A DNA stretch of 64,000 nucleotides from Eukaryota sp. TZLM1-RC (taxonomy: Eukaryota; Protista; Metamonada: BaSk clade), in contig JAUPSS010000005.1 in the NCBI GenBank assembly GCA_040285825.1, forward strand, positions 868,001 through 932,000. The letters are read 5' to 3'. This document shows, piece by piece, positions 14,252 through 26,400 of this stretch. Position 1 is the stretch's first letter. Each line of letters opens with the position of its first letter. The notes under the pieces were generated by a model, which saw nothing but the letters and a program-made list of their open reading frames with translations, ran no database searches and had not been told where the DNA came from. Both the position numbers and the translations under genes were made by a program.

Positions 14252-14519
14252 TGTTTTTATTTAATTTTAATTTATTTTCAAAACCACAGTCTAAAAGTCA
14301 ATATCTTCAAAACAAGCTTCCACACCATCAAACCTTACAGCAGCAATGTTTTCATAATGGGCACTGACAGACATTAAAGCTTTCGAAATCATTTTAGGAA
14401 TTGATTTGAAAATAGTAAAAACAATACGATTTAGCCACAAGCGACGATCAAAACGCTTATTCATTCTTTTTTTCACAAGATTTTCAAAATCATCAATAAA
14501 ATTCAAAGCAGTTTTTCCA

Positions 14520-17500
14520 GTTTTTTTTCTCCCTCCCTTAGTCAACCCTCTCATATTTCACTTTCTGTCACGGCGTCACAGTCGTACTGTGTCTTTGCCA
14601 AAACGATGCCAGTGACTGACAGTGACTCTGATACTGATTGGAACGCCCAAGCAAAGATTCTACCCATCAGATCAAGCTCATCCCCTTCACTTCTCCACTC
14701 TCCCCACCCTTCAAGCTATGCTCGAAATTCTTCTCAAAAAAATTTGAAAATTTTTAAAAAAGACTTTTTGCCTTTGTGTGATGCCCCTGATATTACGCCT
14801 GAAAAAGTGCAAAAAAGAAGATATACCTGTTCCAAATGTGGCAAGGTTGGTCATAACATAAGAAAATGTCCTGATATTATTATCGAAAAAATGAGACTGA
14901 AAACCAATATTTCTATTGTTAATAGTTTGCAAACGCCATCCGAACTAAATCTTCCTCCTGTTCCCAATGTTTCTGCTGATGATGTTAATTATGATTTAAA
15001 TATTGGTCAAACTCATTTACCAAAAACTGTTGCTCCTGATCCTACGGATAATGTCTTGAAACATAGTTGTCCTTTTTGCAAAGAGTTCCTCTCTAATTCT
15101 TCTAATGGTCGCCCTCTATTGTTTTGTTATGACTGTCAAACAAGTGATTCTCTTCGTACACCTGTTAAAATTCCTGTAGAGGTGAGTCCTGCCAGTTCTG
15201 TTCCTTTGTCAATGGAAATGCGTTCTTTTTCTTCGCAATTGAAATTAAACAAATGGAACATAACAAGATTTTGGAAATTCTTTGCCAAAAAGAATAAGAA
15301 GAAAATTAATTACAAACCAAAACAGGGAAAAGCTAATTCATCTTTTCAGGCAAGAATATTGTTTTTGAGAGGTAGATATGGAAGCGGATTAAAAAATATT
15401 TTTTCGGGAAAACTGGCTGATACCAATCTCGAAACTGTTGAAAAATTGAAATCCCTCCATCCAACTGAACATTTTTGCCCCAGTAAGCCTTCTATTTGTC
15501 AATATTGGCTCGAAAATCCATTTCAGGCTCAAGAAGTATTGAATGCCGTTGCTAAATTACCAAAAGGAAAAGCTGCTGGTCCTTCAGGCATTTCCTTTGA
15601 TTTGTTAAAAACTGCCTGTAACAATGCTCCTGAAATTGTTGAGGATCTTGCTTCCTATTTTCAAAATTTAATGTGTTTAAATTATGTTCCTCCGCCTGAA
15701 TTGACTGCTGCCCGTTTAGTTGCTTTAGTTAAACCTGGTAAAGGTGACAAACCTGATGGAGTTAGACCAATTGCCATTGGAGAGTCATTAACCAGATTGC
15801 TTTCTTCGCTTATTTTTAACAGAATTTCTACTAAAGCAAGGGACTATTTGAAGCCTTTCCAATTTGGTATAAAAACTGTTGAAGGTGCTTCTGTTGCTTC
15901 AATGACTTCAGATGTTTTTTTCAATAGTCAACATCATCAATATATTTTCAATTTGGATTTCAAAAATGCTTTCAATTCTGTGAAACGTGATTGTATTTTT
16001 GATGTGCTTCTTCATGATTTTCCTGAACTTTCTGCATATTTTTATTTATTTTATGGAAAAAAATCAGACTTAATTTTTGACTCCTTTACCCTTGAATCTT
16101 CTTCTGGTGTGAAACAAGGTGATCCTCTTGGCCCTTTGCTGTTTTGTTTGGCTATTCATAATATTATGAAAATGACACAACAAGATTTCCCTGATTTGCG
16201 TATTGTTGCCTATATGGATGACATTTCTATTATTGGTTCTTTTGAAAGCATTTCTAGGGTTTCTGAAGACATTGCGGCGAAATACAAAGAAATTGGTCTA
16301 GCTTTGAACCCATCTAAATGTCTCTTGATTGGTAGAGAAAAACAATATTTGATGATTGGTGGAGCTCAGATACCTTTTATCAATTATGACCAACAAGCTT
16401 TTAAGTTTCTTGGATGTTGGCTTGGCAATTTGGATGAAATTTATTCCCAGTTAAACAATTTATTGGAGAAGTTTGACAAGGATCTTAGTTTTATTGCTGA
16501 ATGTGACATTGAGAAACACATCAAATTTTTTTATTTTAAAAATTTGTTATTCTGGAAAATTCACTCATATTTTAAGGTCAACTCCCCTTCGGTATCTCTC
16601 AATTTTTGCAGATCTTTTAACAAACTTCGAGTCAAATTTTTTTCTTCTTTATTAGAAGTAAATGAATCTTTAATTCGAAGTCATGTATTTTGTTCAGCAG
16701 ATTTGGGTGGAATTGGATTCACCAAATCTTCGATTCTGTGTAAAGCAGCATTTTTGGGAGGTGGTAAAAATTTTGTTTTTGAATTTTTCCAAAGGTTCCC
16801 TTTTGATGTTCATCTGATCAATGGTGAATCAAATTTTTACTTGAATCAACTGCAATTTGAATTAGAAAATTTGCCTAGTGATATCTGGATTCAGTGTTTT
16901 CCTCAAAATGTTCAAGAAATTCCCACTCGATCACTTCCAAATTCACGTTTTTGCTTGAAAAAGCTTCAGCACCATCTGGTTAAATTATATGAAGGCTTGG
17001 ATTATGAAGTAAGACTTGGCTTGGCCAAAACTAAAAATCCCGCTTTCGGTAATTTTTTAAAGGATATTCGTGATAGTTCTGCTGCTGCTTTAGTAACTCA
17101 AGTTCCCTCTGTTTATGGACTTTTGTTAAAAGACCATGAATGGCTTCTAAACATGCGTTTTCGTTGTTTTTTGTGGCCAAACAATTTGCCCAATCATTTA
17201 ACTTGTAAATGTGGTAAACCTCTTTTGTTTACTCATCTTTTGAACTGTAAACATTTCATTACGTTTAGAAGCAAAGTGCATAATAACGTCAGGGACCAAA
17301 TTTATGTAATGTGCAAATCATATCGTGTAGATTCCTTTTTAGAACCGCTGTTATCAAAATTAATTCTTGATGATCCCAATATTGATAGTACGCGTTACAA
17401 CAGAGCTTCTATGGGTCTGACTAGAGGTGATCTAGTTGTTCCTGGTTTAAATGGTAGTTTTACTATTTTGGACGCCATGTCTATTGACCCTTGTAATTCC

Positions 17501-17936
17501 TCTAACGAACATTTCATTAACTCGGATGTAAATAATCCTCTTCTTGCAGGCGAAAAATATAAAATTGCTAAATATGCGAAACCCATTTCCTCGGTTAATG
17601 AAAATTCTCATGCCCAATATAATTTATGTCCATTTGTTTTTTCTTTGCTTGGATCTCTAGGTAAGGCTGCTATGGCTTTCCTTGAGGATTTTGTTGTAGT
17701 TGTAAAGGAAAGAACTGGAAGAATTTTCAATCGTGTTTACTGGAAAAACAGGATTGTATTTTCTATTTTTAAGGGAATGGTAACACTAATTTCTGATTCA
17801 CTATCTTCTTTTGGGAAATTTTCTGAATCTTTAGCGATTAATTGTTTTGATGTAGGGGAGGCAGGTTTTAAGGATGTGGAGTTTTAATTGTGTATTTCAT
17901 ATTTGTTGTGGAATAAAAATAAATATCTTAAAAAAA
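14520..17936 (+). mobile_element. Full-length CRE-like non-LTR retrotransposon family F with 10-bp TSD
   Basis: AGTTTTTCCA at 14510-14519 and 17937-17946; pyrimidine-rich 5' UTR, single ORF, AATAAA and A-tail. Confidence 0.93.
14606..17887 (+). CDS. 1093-aa retrotransposon protein: CCHC knuckle, C4 motif, reverse transcriptase, zinc motif and restriction-like endonuclease
   Basis: CSKCGKVGHNIRKC; CPFC..CYDC; KAAGPSG; RPIAIGE; QFG; DFKNAFNSVKR; GVKQGDPLGPLLF; AYMDD; CKCG..H..C; RGD..D..E..K..KY. Confidence 0.93.
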   Translation: MPVTDSDSDTDWNAQAKILPIRSSSSPSLLHSPHPSSYARNSSQKNLKIFKKDFLPLCDAPDITPEKVQKRRYTCSKCGKVGHNIRKCPDIIIEKMRLKTNISIVNSLQTPSELNLPPVPNVSADDVNYDLNIGQTHLPKTVAPDPTDNVLKHSCPFCKEFLSNSSNGRPLLFCYDCQTSDSLRTPVKIPVEVSPASSVPLSMEMRSFSSQLKLNKWNITRFWKFFAKKNKKKINYKPKQGKANSSFQARILFLRGRYGSGLKNIFSGKLADTNLETVEKLKSLHPTEHFCPSKPSICQYWLENPFQAQEVLNAVAKLPKGKAAGPSGISFDLLKTACNNAPEIVEDLASYFQNLMCLNYVPPPELTAARLVALVKPGKGDKPDGVRPIAIGESLTRLLSSLIFNRISTKARDYLKPFQFGIKTVEGASVASMTSDVFFNSQHHQYIFNLDFKNAFNSVKRDCIFDVLLHDFPELSAYFYLFYGKKSDLIFDSFTLESSSGVKQGDPLGPLLFCLAIHNIMKMTQQDFPDLRIVAYMDDISIIGSFESISRVSEDIAAKYKEIGLALNPSKCLLIGREKQYLMIGGAQIPFINYDQQAFKFLGCWLGNLDEIYSQLNNLLEKFDKDLSFIAECDIEKHIKFFYFKNLLFWKIHSYFKVNSPSVSLNFCRSFNKLRVKFFSSLLEVNESLIRSHVFCSADLGGIGFTKSSILCKAAFLGGGKNFVFEFFQRFPFDVHLINGESNFYLNQLQFELENLPSDIWIQCFPQNVQEIPTRSLPNSRFCLKKLQHHLVKLYEGLDYEVRLGLAKTKNPAFGNFLKDIRDSSAAALVTQVPSVYGLLLKDHEWLLNMRFRCFLWPNNLPNHLTCKCGKPLLFTHLLNCKHFITFRSKVHNNVRDQIYVMCKSYRVDSFLEPLLSKLILDDPNIDSTRYNRASMGLTRGDLVVPGLNGSFTILDAMSIDPCNSSNEHFINSDVNNPLLAGEKYKIAKYAKPISSVNENSHAQYNLCPFVFSLLGSLGKAAMAFLEDFVVVVKERTGRIFNRVYWKNRIVFSIFKGMVTLISDSLSSFGKFSESLAINCFDVGEAGFKDVEF

Positions 17937-18670
17937 AGTTTTTCCAAGACGACCATACAACGATATAGCAAATGGGCAAATTTGGTAATCTACATGGCGA
18001 ACATGTTTCAATTCTTTTAAAGGATTTGCATACTTTTTCCGTTTGTACAATTCGGAGTCATCAAGGGGGGATACTTCGGATTGAGCATTTTTCAAGGCAT
18101 TTTTCTTGCAAACATCCACTGTTACGACATCAACAACATTCATGACATCATCAAACGAGGGCACAACAACATCAGCACGTCGTTTTCCATATTCTGAATC
18201 TCTTACGCTTTCATTTATATCAAGAGACCTCAACAAAGGTTCTACAAAAGATTCAATATGATAGGAATTACACATTGCATGGATTTGATCTCTGACTGCA
18301 TCATGCAACGTAGAACGATAGGAAATATATCTATTACAATTAAATAAATGTGATAATGTCAAACCAGCTCCACATTTACAAAACAAATCATTGGGCAAAT
18401 TACAAGGCCATAAATAACAACGCATTCTCATAGCAGTGGTCCATTGGTCGTCATTCAAAAATAGACCATAAATCTGGGGAATTTGATTTATCAAAACTGC
18501 AGATGAACTGTCCTTCAAATCAATCAAAAAATTGGCAAAAGCAGGATTTTCTTTCTTAGCCGTGCTAAGTCGAACAATAAAATCCTTGTTTTCAAAAGAT
18601 GTCGTTGGAGCTTTTTCAACGCAAATTTTAATGAATATAAACTTCTGTCTGGAATTTCTTGAATGGATAC

Positions 18671-18857
18671 ACTTTCTGGTTAAATAGAATTGTTTTATGT
18701 ATTTTCATGTCTATTCCAACAATAATTTCTAAAGCTCTTTTAGCTATTGGTATAGAATATGAACGAAAGGCTGTGAGTAGATTTAGTAATAGTGATGCTT
18801 GTTTGGAGGATATTGAACATTAGACAGTATTTTATATCAACAAAAATACTTGAAAAA
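18671..18857 (+). mobile_element. Diverged family D-like 3' end
   Basis: Similar to 28909-29090; ends SDACLEDIEH-stop. Confidence 0.75.
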
Positions 18858-18894
18858 TGAATTCACTTGTGAAGTAGGTAATTGTTTGCACATT

Positions 18895-20439
18895 TGTTGC
18901 CGCCCTAAGGCTTATATAATATGAATTGAAAACAGATCAGACTTCTCTTTACTACAATAGACTTTAGGCAACAATAATTATTGGCCATTTCAAAGTGAAA
19001 AGGTATACCAAAACTCCAGCACTTTACTAGTAAACATCCCCAAAAACCTTTACAGCATGTCAGACATCTTTCAGCAAGATATCTCTAACCCCAATTCCTC
19101 ACCTAACATGCAGCAACAGGAAGCAGCGACACACACACATATACATAACAAAGAGCGTAACGAGGTAACGGACCCGGGTCACACCTCCCCCTCCCTAAAA
19201 GTGAAAGATGAAAGCGTGGACGAGGTCCCTCCATCTTCAGCAATGGAAAGGGTAACGAGAACGGACCCGGCTCTCTCTCCCCTCCCAATTGTAGAACCTG
19301 TCTCAAAAGGAACGGATGGAAGTCCCACCTTAGACACGGCTTCCCCATTAGGAGAATATGAAAAAATTCAATCTCATTTAGATGAAATGGAGGGAGGAGA
19401 CGACTCTTCCGAGGGGTTCTACAAGTTATTGAAAGAGGATGCGGAAGCTTACCTCAAACCAACAGATTTCTGTTTGTTCGAGCAGCTTCCTCCTCTGTGC
19501 AGTTACATTCATAACAGAGACAGAAACGGGGGTAATTTTTAATACCTTTTGGAGATACCCAAAAGGTATTAAAAATCACCCTCAACGAAAGGAATGAGCT
19601 CATAAAGGCTCTTGATAAATTGAGCAGAGAGACGTTCGGGCGTAACGCAGAGCGCCGTCCCTGAATCTCTGGTATGGACAAGAGAATGAACAAAATGATG
19701 TGCCTTCCCATCAAGGATAGACTGGATTCGAAGGCCTCCTTCCTAGACCAACATGGCAGGAGAATAAGGTTTCTCTCCATCGAGCAGAGAAGTAGGACCG
19801 ACTCGGAAGACATCCTACAATTCAAATTGCCTGCCTGGTTTGATCTTATCTGTGATACGGAAATCCATAACTACACGGAGCTGACAGAGGGTGCTCCCAC
19901 ATATTTTAGGGAACTCATGGAGCAGGAGAATAATAGGGAACAAGACAAGCTTGAAATAGTAATACCCTGGTTCGATGCAGACGCTCTGAATAAGATTCAT
20001 AGGGAACAATCGGCCGTATCCGCGTATAGCAACTACATCCTAACAACTACATCCAACAACATGGTAACTCGTTCACGAAACAACGAGAGTTTAAACAATG
20101 GGTAACAGGAGATCCATCCACATTTTTCCACCTTCCCCAATTGCCTGTTGTAGCTCCTATAATTTCTGAAAAAGCCAACCAATACAGGTCTGCTATATCG
20201 AAAGCATACCCGAACACGTTCCAACAGTGAACGTCCCGGAACCTGTAACAAGAGAAGACTCAGCACCTCAGGAAGAACCAACTTCCTCCCAACCCATGGA
20301 AAGAGAAATTGCAAAAGACATAGAGTTACACGGTGCAGTCGTTGGAAAAAACGGCTCCTTCTCAACCCTCAGTAAGAAACTCTTCTTCCAATAGACCTAT
20401 GCGTATTGAGGACCTACAATCCTCAAGGAGAGCTATTGA
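18895..20439 (+). mobile_element. 5' part of a Ty3/gypsy-type LTR element (79-bp LTR 18895-18973 plus decayed long first ORF)
   Basis: TGTTG...CAACA LTR; colinear with 60938-62727, which is followed by protease/RT; ORFs 19057-19542, 19674-20105 and 20333 onward are frameshifted pieces. Confidence 0.8.
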
Positions 20440-21379
20440 CATGAGCATAGTTAGTAGCCTTCATAGACAGATTGATCCACGTTCAGGGGTTCAGGGCGTA
20501 TTCCACTTAAGAATCTTCTTACTAGGGCTTCATCATTCTGGAGGGAAGGTACTTTGCGAGCTACCTTCATAAAATCTCGGGTGTATCGGGTAATAGCTTC
20601 ATCGGCATCACGGCAATTCAGGGGCAAGGATACACGGTTAAACATCTGATACGCTTTAGCGGTATCTACAACGGGCGTACAGGACAATAGGTATTTCAGG
20701 ATCTTCTTAGGCTTCTTTGGAGAGATCTGGTGGATAACAAGAAAAGTATCCAAAACTTCTGGGGCAATACATCTAAGAATGTAAGGTAATAACAGGGATT
20801 TGAGGTCATCAGGGTCTTGGGCTCCTACAAGACGTAACAGGTCGGGTTTCTCTTCATCAGAAACATCAGAGTTATCAGAGTACAAGAGAGGAACTTCTTC
20901 ATCTTCTTCCTCTTGGTCATCAGAGCTATCTTCAGCCAAGGCATCATGGAGATTGAAACAAATCTCTTCAGGGTTGACTTCTTCTTCAGCTTCTTCAGCT
21001 GGTTCAGGGGCGGAATTTCGGGAACTTCTTCTAGAGTTCTGGTAATTAGTGAGAGCGGGTTCAGGTCTCATCATGAACATACGGACGGCAAAGTCTCGCA
21101 TCTCGTCGACGAAGCGTGTGCAAGAGCAGCGGTCAGCACTTCGGAGAATTATGGCAACTCGGCCAGAATTACTCATTGGGGCCTCAGTAATTACTGTGGG
21201 GTTTGCATGCATCAGTTTCCTTGTACAAACGGGTAACAAACAGAAACAGGGGTTTATCACAAGGAATAGGAATAATCAGAAAGAAGAATTTCTCTCTGCA
21301 GATAAACTTGTGATGACGTGTCATCACGTGATACTGTAACTTATAAATAACTATAAACTACATTGGCTATGAGCCTACA
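20440..21379 (-). mobile_element. Truncated gag-like ORF (20451-21260) of another LTR family, possible short LTR near 21222-21379
   Basis: Helical capsid-like segment (AITRYTRDF..LVRRFLSGIRPEPL) resembling the gag at 33892-34563; TG..CA-bounded segment upstream has no second copy, so the LTR call is tentative. Confidence 0.5.
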
Positions 21380-22600
21380 TTTTAGTAGAATTTATTATCA
21401 GTTGGGATGTAAATACATTAGTAGACCAATTTCCGTAATCAATAAAATCTATTAATAGTTTCTTTAAGCATTGAAGAACGTCTCTATGTTTACGTTCTAC
21501 AAGTCCATTACTTTTTGAATAGTAGGGAATTGAGTTACTCATCTCAATCGCTGATCTATTATACTATTATGAAAGTCTCAGTGGCGAACTCAGGTCCATT
21601 ATCGCTATGAATTAACATAGGTTTGCCAAAAATTGCACAAACGTTCCAAATCAAAGCATCTGCGGTTGCTAAAGCATGGAGTTCTTTTAGAGGGACTAAA
21701 ATTGTATATCCAGTAAAAGAGTCTACAAATACTAATAAATATTTATTTCCTTCGTTGTCAGTGTTCAGAGGTCCAATTGTATCGACGTTGAATCTGGCAA
21801 ATGAACGATCTGCCCATAAAAATTTTGTGGAAGGTGATTTTGACCTTTTAACTAAAGCCGTTTTTTGAAAAGTTGGGCAACTTTTGACATGATTTATGAG
21901 GCCCTTTCTCATATTAGGCCAGTAGAAGTCACTTTTGGTTAGTTAATGTAAACTATCGTTTTTGCTGGGGTAACCAGATTGAACTAAAACATGTATTAAT
22001 AATAATGCCTGTTTTCTGAGGCTCTTTGGAATGAAAATTTTATTTTTATTACTTTTCCAAATTTGAGTCTTTTTTACTAGAATTGCATTTTCAAATAAAG
22101 AGTCATTGTTGTTTTTGGCAATTTATTGTTCGGATCTTATTTTAGAGAGCCAAGAAGAAAAAATGGGCAAGTCTTTGGTGTCTACTTAAAGATGAAGTTG
22201 ATGAAATATCTTTAGAGTCCGAATCAGAATCATCGTCTAGTGGAGGTATCTCGTAATTCGAAAGTAAAGTATCTGGTATATTTATGCTACAAATAGAAGG
22301 AGTTTCCTCCTTTTGATCCAAATCAAAATTCCTCGATAGCATATCTTCCCAATGGTTTTTTTCACCCGGTTCATGGACTGCATCAAAGTCAAATTCAGAT
22401 AGTATCGGCAGCCATCTCTACAATCTTATTTTTCTCTGGGGCTGTGGCCAGGAAGGCAATGTTTTGTGATCAGTGAAAGTTGTTAAATGTCTAGTCAAAA
22501 GGGAGCTTTCTGAACAACTTTCAGTTAAAATCAAGAGTATTGCATATAGTTCTTTCTGTAAAGTGGACCATTTTCTTTGTGTTTCTGTAAGTAACCTGAT
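21380..22600 (-). pseudogene. Decayed Ty3/gypsy pol fragment (RNase H and integrase)
   Basis: WSTLQKELYAI and FTDHK (22440-22580); FYWPNM, VDTIGPL, FVDSFT, IHSDNGPEFA, SNGLVER; several stops and frameshifts. Confidence 0.85.
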
Positions 22601-23066
22601 CTAAGGCACGCTCAGCAAGTGGCATAAGTCTTGTACGACCTGGAGATCAAGTTTTAAAAAACTGACAAAAGCCTGCAACTTTTTCAAACAATATAGTTCT
22701 TTGAACTTCCTCAAAACAGTTTCTCTCAGCATCAAGTTGTTCACGTGATAATTTGTGCGACAGCATCTCCAAAGTTTTCATCTTCGTCATCACTTTCGGG
22801 TTGATTGAGAGAATTAAAAAATCGAGATAAATTGGTAGGTATAATAGTAAAAGAAGCCTCACGCTTCTCCACAAGAGAGGTTCAGTATTTCCAAATGGTA
22901 ATGGGGCCGATACACCTGCGTTGAGCTCCTTCAAGTCTTCAACTGGCATTTTGACAACCTCTTGTACCTACTCTTTCGTCAGTTTCGTCAGTTGTTCTTG
23001 AGATAGAATTCTCACTTTTCATATTGGATGTTGTTGCTGATTCAAACAATCGTATGTGTGATAAAA

Positions 23067-23404
23067 AGCCCTTTTTATAGGTTTTATGGTAATTCGTCTG
23101 ACTTAATTTTTAATTCCTTTAATCTTGATTCTTTATCAAAAGTTAAACAAGGAGACCCTTTAGGTCCTTTCTTTTTTTGTCTTGCGATTCACCCAATTTG
23201 GAAAAAATTAAAAGAAGAAAATTCTGACCTTCAAGTGGTAGCCTATATGGATGACATTTCTTGTATTGGTCCAGAAAATACAATCAATAGAGTTGCTAAT
23301 GAAACTGCTACATTATACCAATCCATAGGTTTTGAGTTGAACGTAGAAAAATGTTTTTGTATTTCTAGAAAAAATGTTAAGTTAATAATTAATTCCCTTG
23401 AAGA
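23067..23404 (+). mobile_element. CRE-like RT fragment (family uncertain)
   Basis: VKQGDPLGPFFF and AYMDD in ORF 23028-23441; cut by the family A 3' end. Confidence 0.8.
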
Positions 23405-26400
23405 TTTTTTTTTAAAATTTAATTTTATTCTAAACCTATAAATCAACATCTAAAAAATCCATCTCTCCCAAAACAAAAACACTAGATGCAACTCTCTCAT
23501 AGTGAGATCCAAGAGAAAGCAAAGCATCAGAAACCATCTTCAACATCCCCTTAAAAATAGAAAACACAATTCCATTTTGCCAAAACAACCTGTTGAAATT
23601 TCTGCCAGTTCTTCTCTTTACAATCATTTCAAAATCATCCAAAAAACGTAAAGCAGTTGGTGCAAGTGAACCAAAAAGGGAAAATACAAATGGATACAAA
23701 TTGTATTTTGCATGCTGTAGACTGGCCAATTTGGACAAAGGTTCATTGTATTTTTGAATTTAAAATTTTCAGCATTTGAAAGGGGATTATGAATTTCAGA
23801 ATTAACAAGCCTTTCATTTGAGGCATTACAAGGATCAACAGACATTACATCCAATAAAATAAAGCTTCCATCTAATCCAGGTAATATGACATCACCTCTA
23901 TTATTCTTATGAAAATCATTTTCAGCATCAAACAGATTTGACAACAGAGGTTCCAAGAAGGATTCAATTCTATGAGATTTACACATACAATATAACTGGT
24001 CTCTTACAGCATCATGAACCTTGCTTCTAAAAGTAATAAAATGTTTACAATTTAACAAATGAGTAGTTGTAATTTCTCGAGAACATTTACAAATTAAATT
24101 ATGAGGTAAATTATCAGGCCAGATAAAGGAACGAACTCTCATATTCAGAGTCCAAGCAGAATCGGATAAGAGAGTACCATAAACTTGTGGAATTGTTGTT
24201 ACTAAGGCAGAAGAAGTACTGTCACACATATCTTGTAAAAGATTTGCAAAAGCGGGATTCTTTTTCTTGGCCAAGCCAAGTCTAACATCAAAATCCAAGC
24301 TTTCAAAAATCTTTGACAATTTATGTTGAAGCTTTTTACAGCAAAACTGTAAATTAAATAGAGATCGGTTTGGAATTTCTTGAATTGATTGAGGAAAACA
24401 TTTGGTCCAAATTTGTGGCGGTAATTTTTCAAGTTCACAAGATAACTCATACAAATAGGGACTACAATTGGGGACTAACAGATGAGAATCATCAGGATAT
24501 CTACGAGAAAATTCATAAATAAAATTTTTGCCACCACCCAAGAATGCTGATTGACACAAAATTGAAGATTTAGTAAATCCAATACCCCCCAAATTTGCTG
24601 AAGAAAATAAGTGACTTCTCAACATTCCTGGTTCTACATCCAATAAATCAGCAAAAAATTCTGTTCTCAATGAATTAAAGAACGACAAAAATCTAATGCT
24701 ATGGAAGGAGCACAAGATCTCAAAATGTGGGTTATTCTCCCAGTGTAGCAAATTTTAAGCATGAAAAATTTAATATGCTTTTCTATATCTAAAGAAGAAA
24801 TTGAATCAAGTTCAATTTTCATTTTTTCCAAAATTACTTGCAATTCATTCTGAATTTGAGGCACGTTTCCTAACCAACAACCAAGGAACTTAAAAGCATC
24901 ACTACTATAATTAGTAAAAGGGACAATAGAATCGTTTATCACGAGGTCTTGAGCAGAAGAGCCAATCAGAAGACATTTGCTGGCATTAAGATGAAGCCCA
25001 ATATTTTCATATGAATCAGCAATTTCTTGAGCAACCAATTCTAGTAAATCAAATGAACCAATCAAGGATATATCATCCATATATGCAACTATTTTTATAG
25101 ATGGGTATTTTTGCTTAATGATATTTAAAGTTTTGTGAATAGCTAAACAAAACAATAAGGGGTCTAAAGGATCACCTTGCTTCACACCAGAAGATGATTT
25201 AAGACCAAATGAATTAAAAATTAAATCCGATTCTTTCCCATAAAAATGGTAGAAAAAACTCGATAGCTCAGGAAAATCAGATTTAATAACTTCAAAAATT
25301 GCCTCTCGCTTTACAGAATTAAAGGCATTTTTAAAGTCGAGATTAAAAATGAATTTATTTTCCTCTGCATTAAAAAAGGTATCAGAGGCAATAGCAGCAA
25401 CAGAAGCACCATCAATTGTTTTGATTCCAAATTGATGAGGATTCAAAAATGTAGAAGCTTTGTCTTTGACACGATCGAAGACAATTGATGCTAGCAAACG
25501 AGAAAGAGATTCACCAACAGCAATTGGGCGTATTCCATCAGGTTTGATTCCGTTTCCAGGCTTTACTAAAGCAATCAGACGTGCAGCGAGTAATTCAAAT
25601 GGAGGATTAATTTTCAAAACAATTAATTGTTGAAAATAATGGGCTAGATCATCAGCAATTTCAGGAGCACTGGAACATGCTATTTTTAAGAGATCAAAAG
25701 AAATTCCAGATGGGCCTGCTGCTTTCCCCTTTGGTAATTTTTGAATAGCTTTAAGAACTTCAATTGCAGTAATAGGATTTTTAATCCAAAAAGGACACAC
25801 ATCAGGCTTGCTGCACTTGAAATTTTCTTGAGGATGCAACTTTTGAAGTTTTTCAAGGGTATCAGAGTTCGCATCAGCCAAAGAAGAGGAAAACAAGGAC
25901 TGCTTTGCGGCACCATAACGACCACGTAAGCACAATTTTCGGCAAATTTTTGATTTTACAATTCTTCTATTTCCAAATTTTTTCTTAAAACAATTTTTGT
26001 TTTTTCGAGCAAAATATTTCCAGAAGGATGAAATATTCCACTTATTATTTTTCAATTCAGAAGTAAAATTTCTCATTTCCATTGAGAAGGGGATTGTGCT
26101 GGCGGGACTTATTTCTACTGGGATCCGGATCGGGGGTCTTACGGTATCAACGGCTTTACAATTCGTACAAAACAGAAGTTTTCGACCATTTCGTGAATCT
26201 GCAACATCTATTTTGCAAAATGGACAACAAAAATTACTGTTTTCAGAAGGGGAAGAAGAGGGAACACTAGAAGCATTTAACTGTTGATCGTCAGAAACAT
26301 TATTTTCAGCACCTTTCACAACGGCAACAGCTGGAACAGAACATTCGAGAATTTGTTGAGCAGATTTTAATTCAAATTCTCTTTTTTGTTTTTCAGGGCA

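Larger units (their letters stand above)
14252..18670 (-). mobile_element. CRE-like family C (probable) 3' part, split by the full-length family F insertion
   Basis: ORFs 17928-18527 and 14291-14554 rejoin at YGRLGK|TALNF as in the uninterrupted copy 29187-29705; IQEIPD near 18645-18665 links it to the 8286-8577 fragment. Confidence 0.85.

Noticed and set aside
14560-14625. HDV-like ribozyme at the element 5' end
   Set aside because: Stems are nested; I could not find the P1.1 GG or pseudoknot topology.
14510-17946. Fixed target site (spliced-leader gene or microsatellite) for the CRE-like elements
   Set aside because: Five TSDs (4882, 14510, 31367, 43029, 53354) share no motif and no repeated target gene flanks them.
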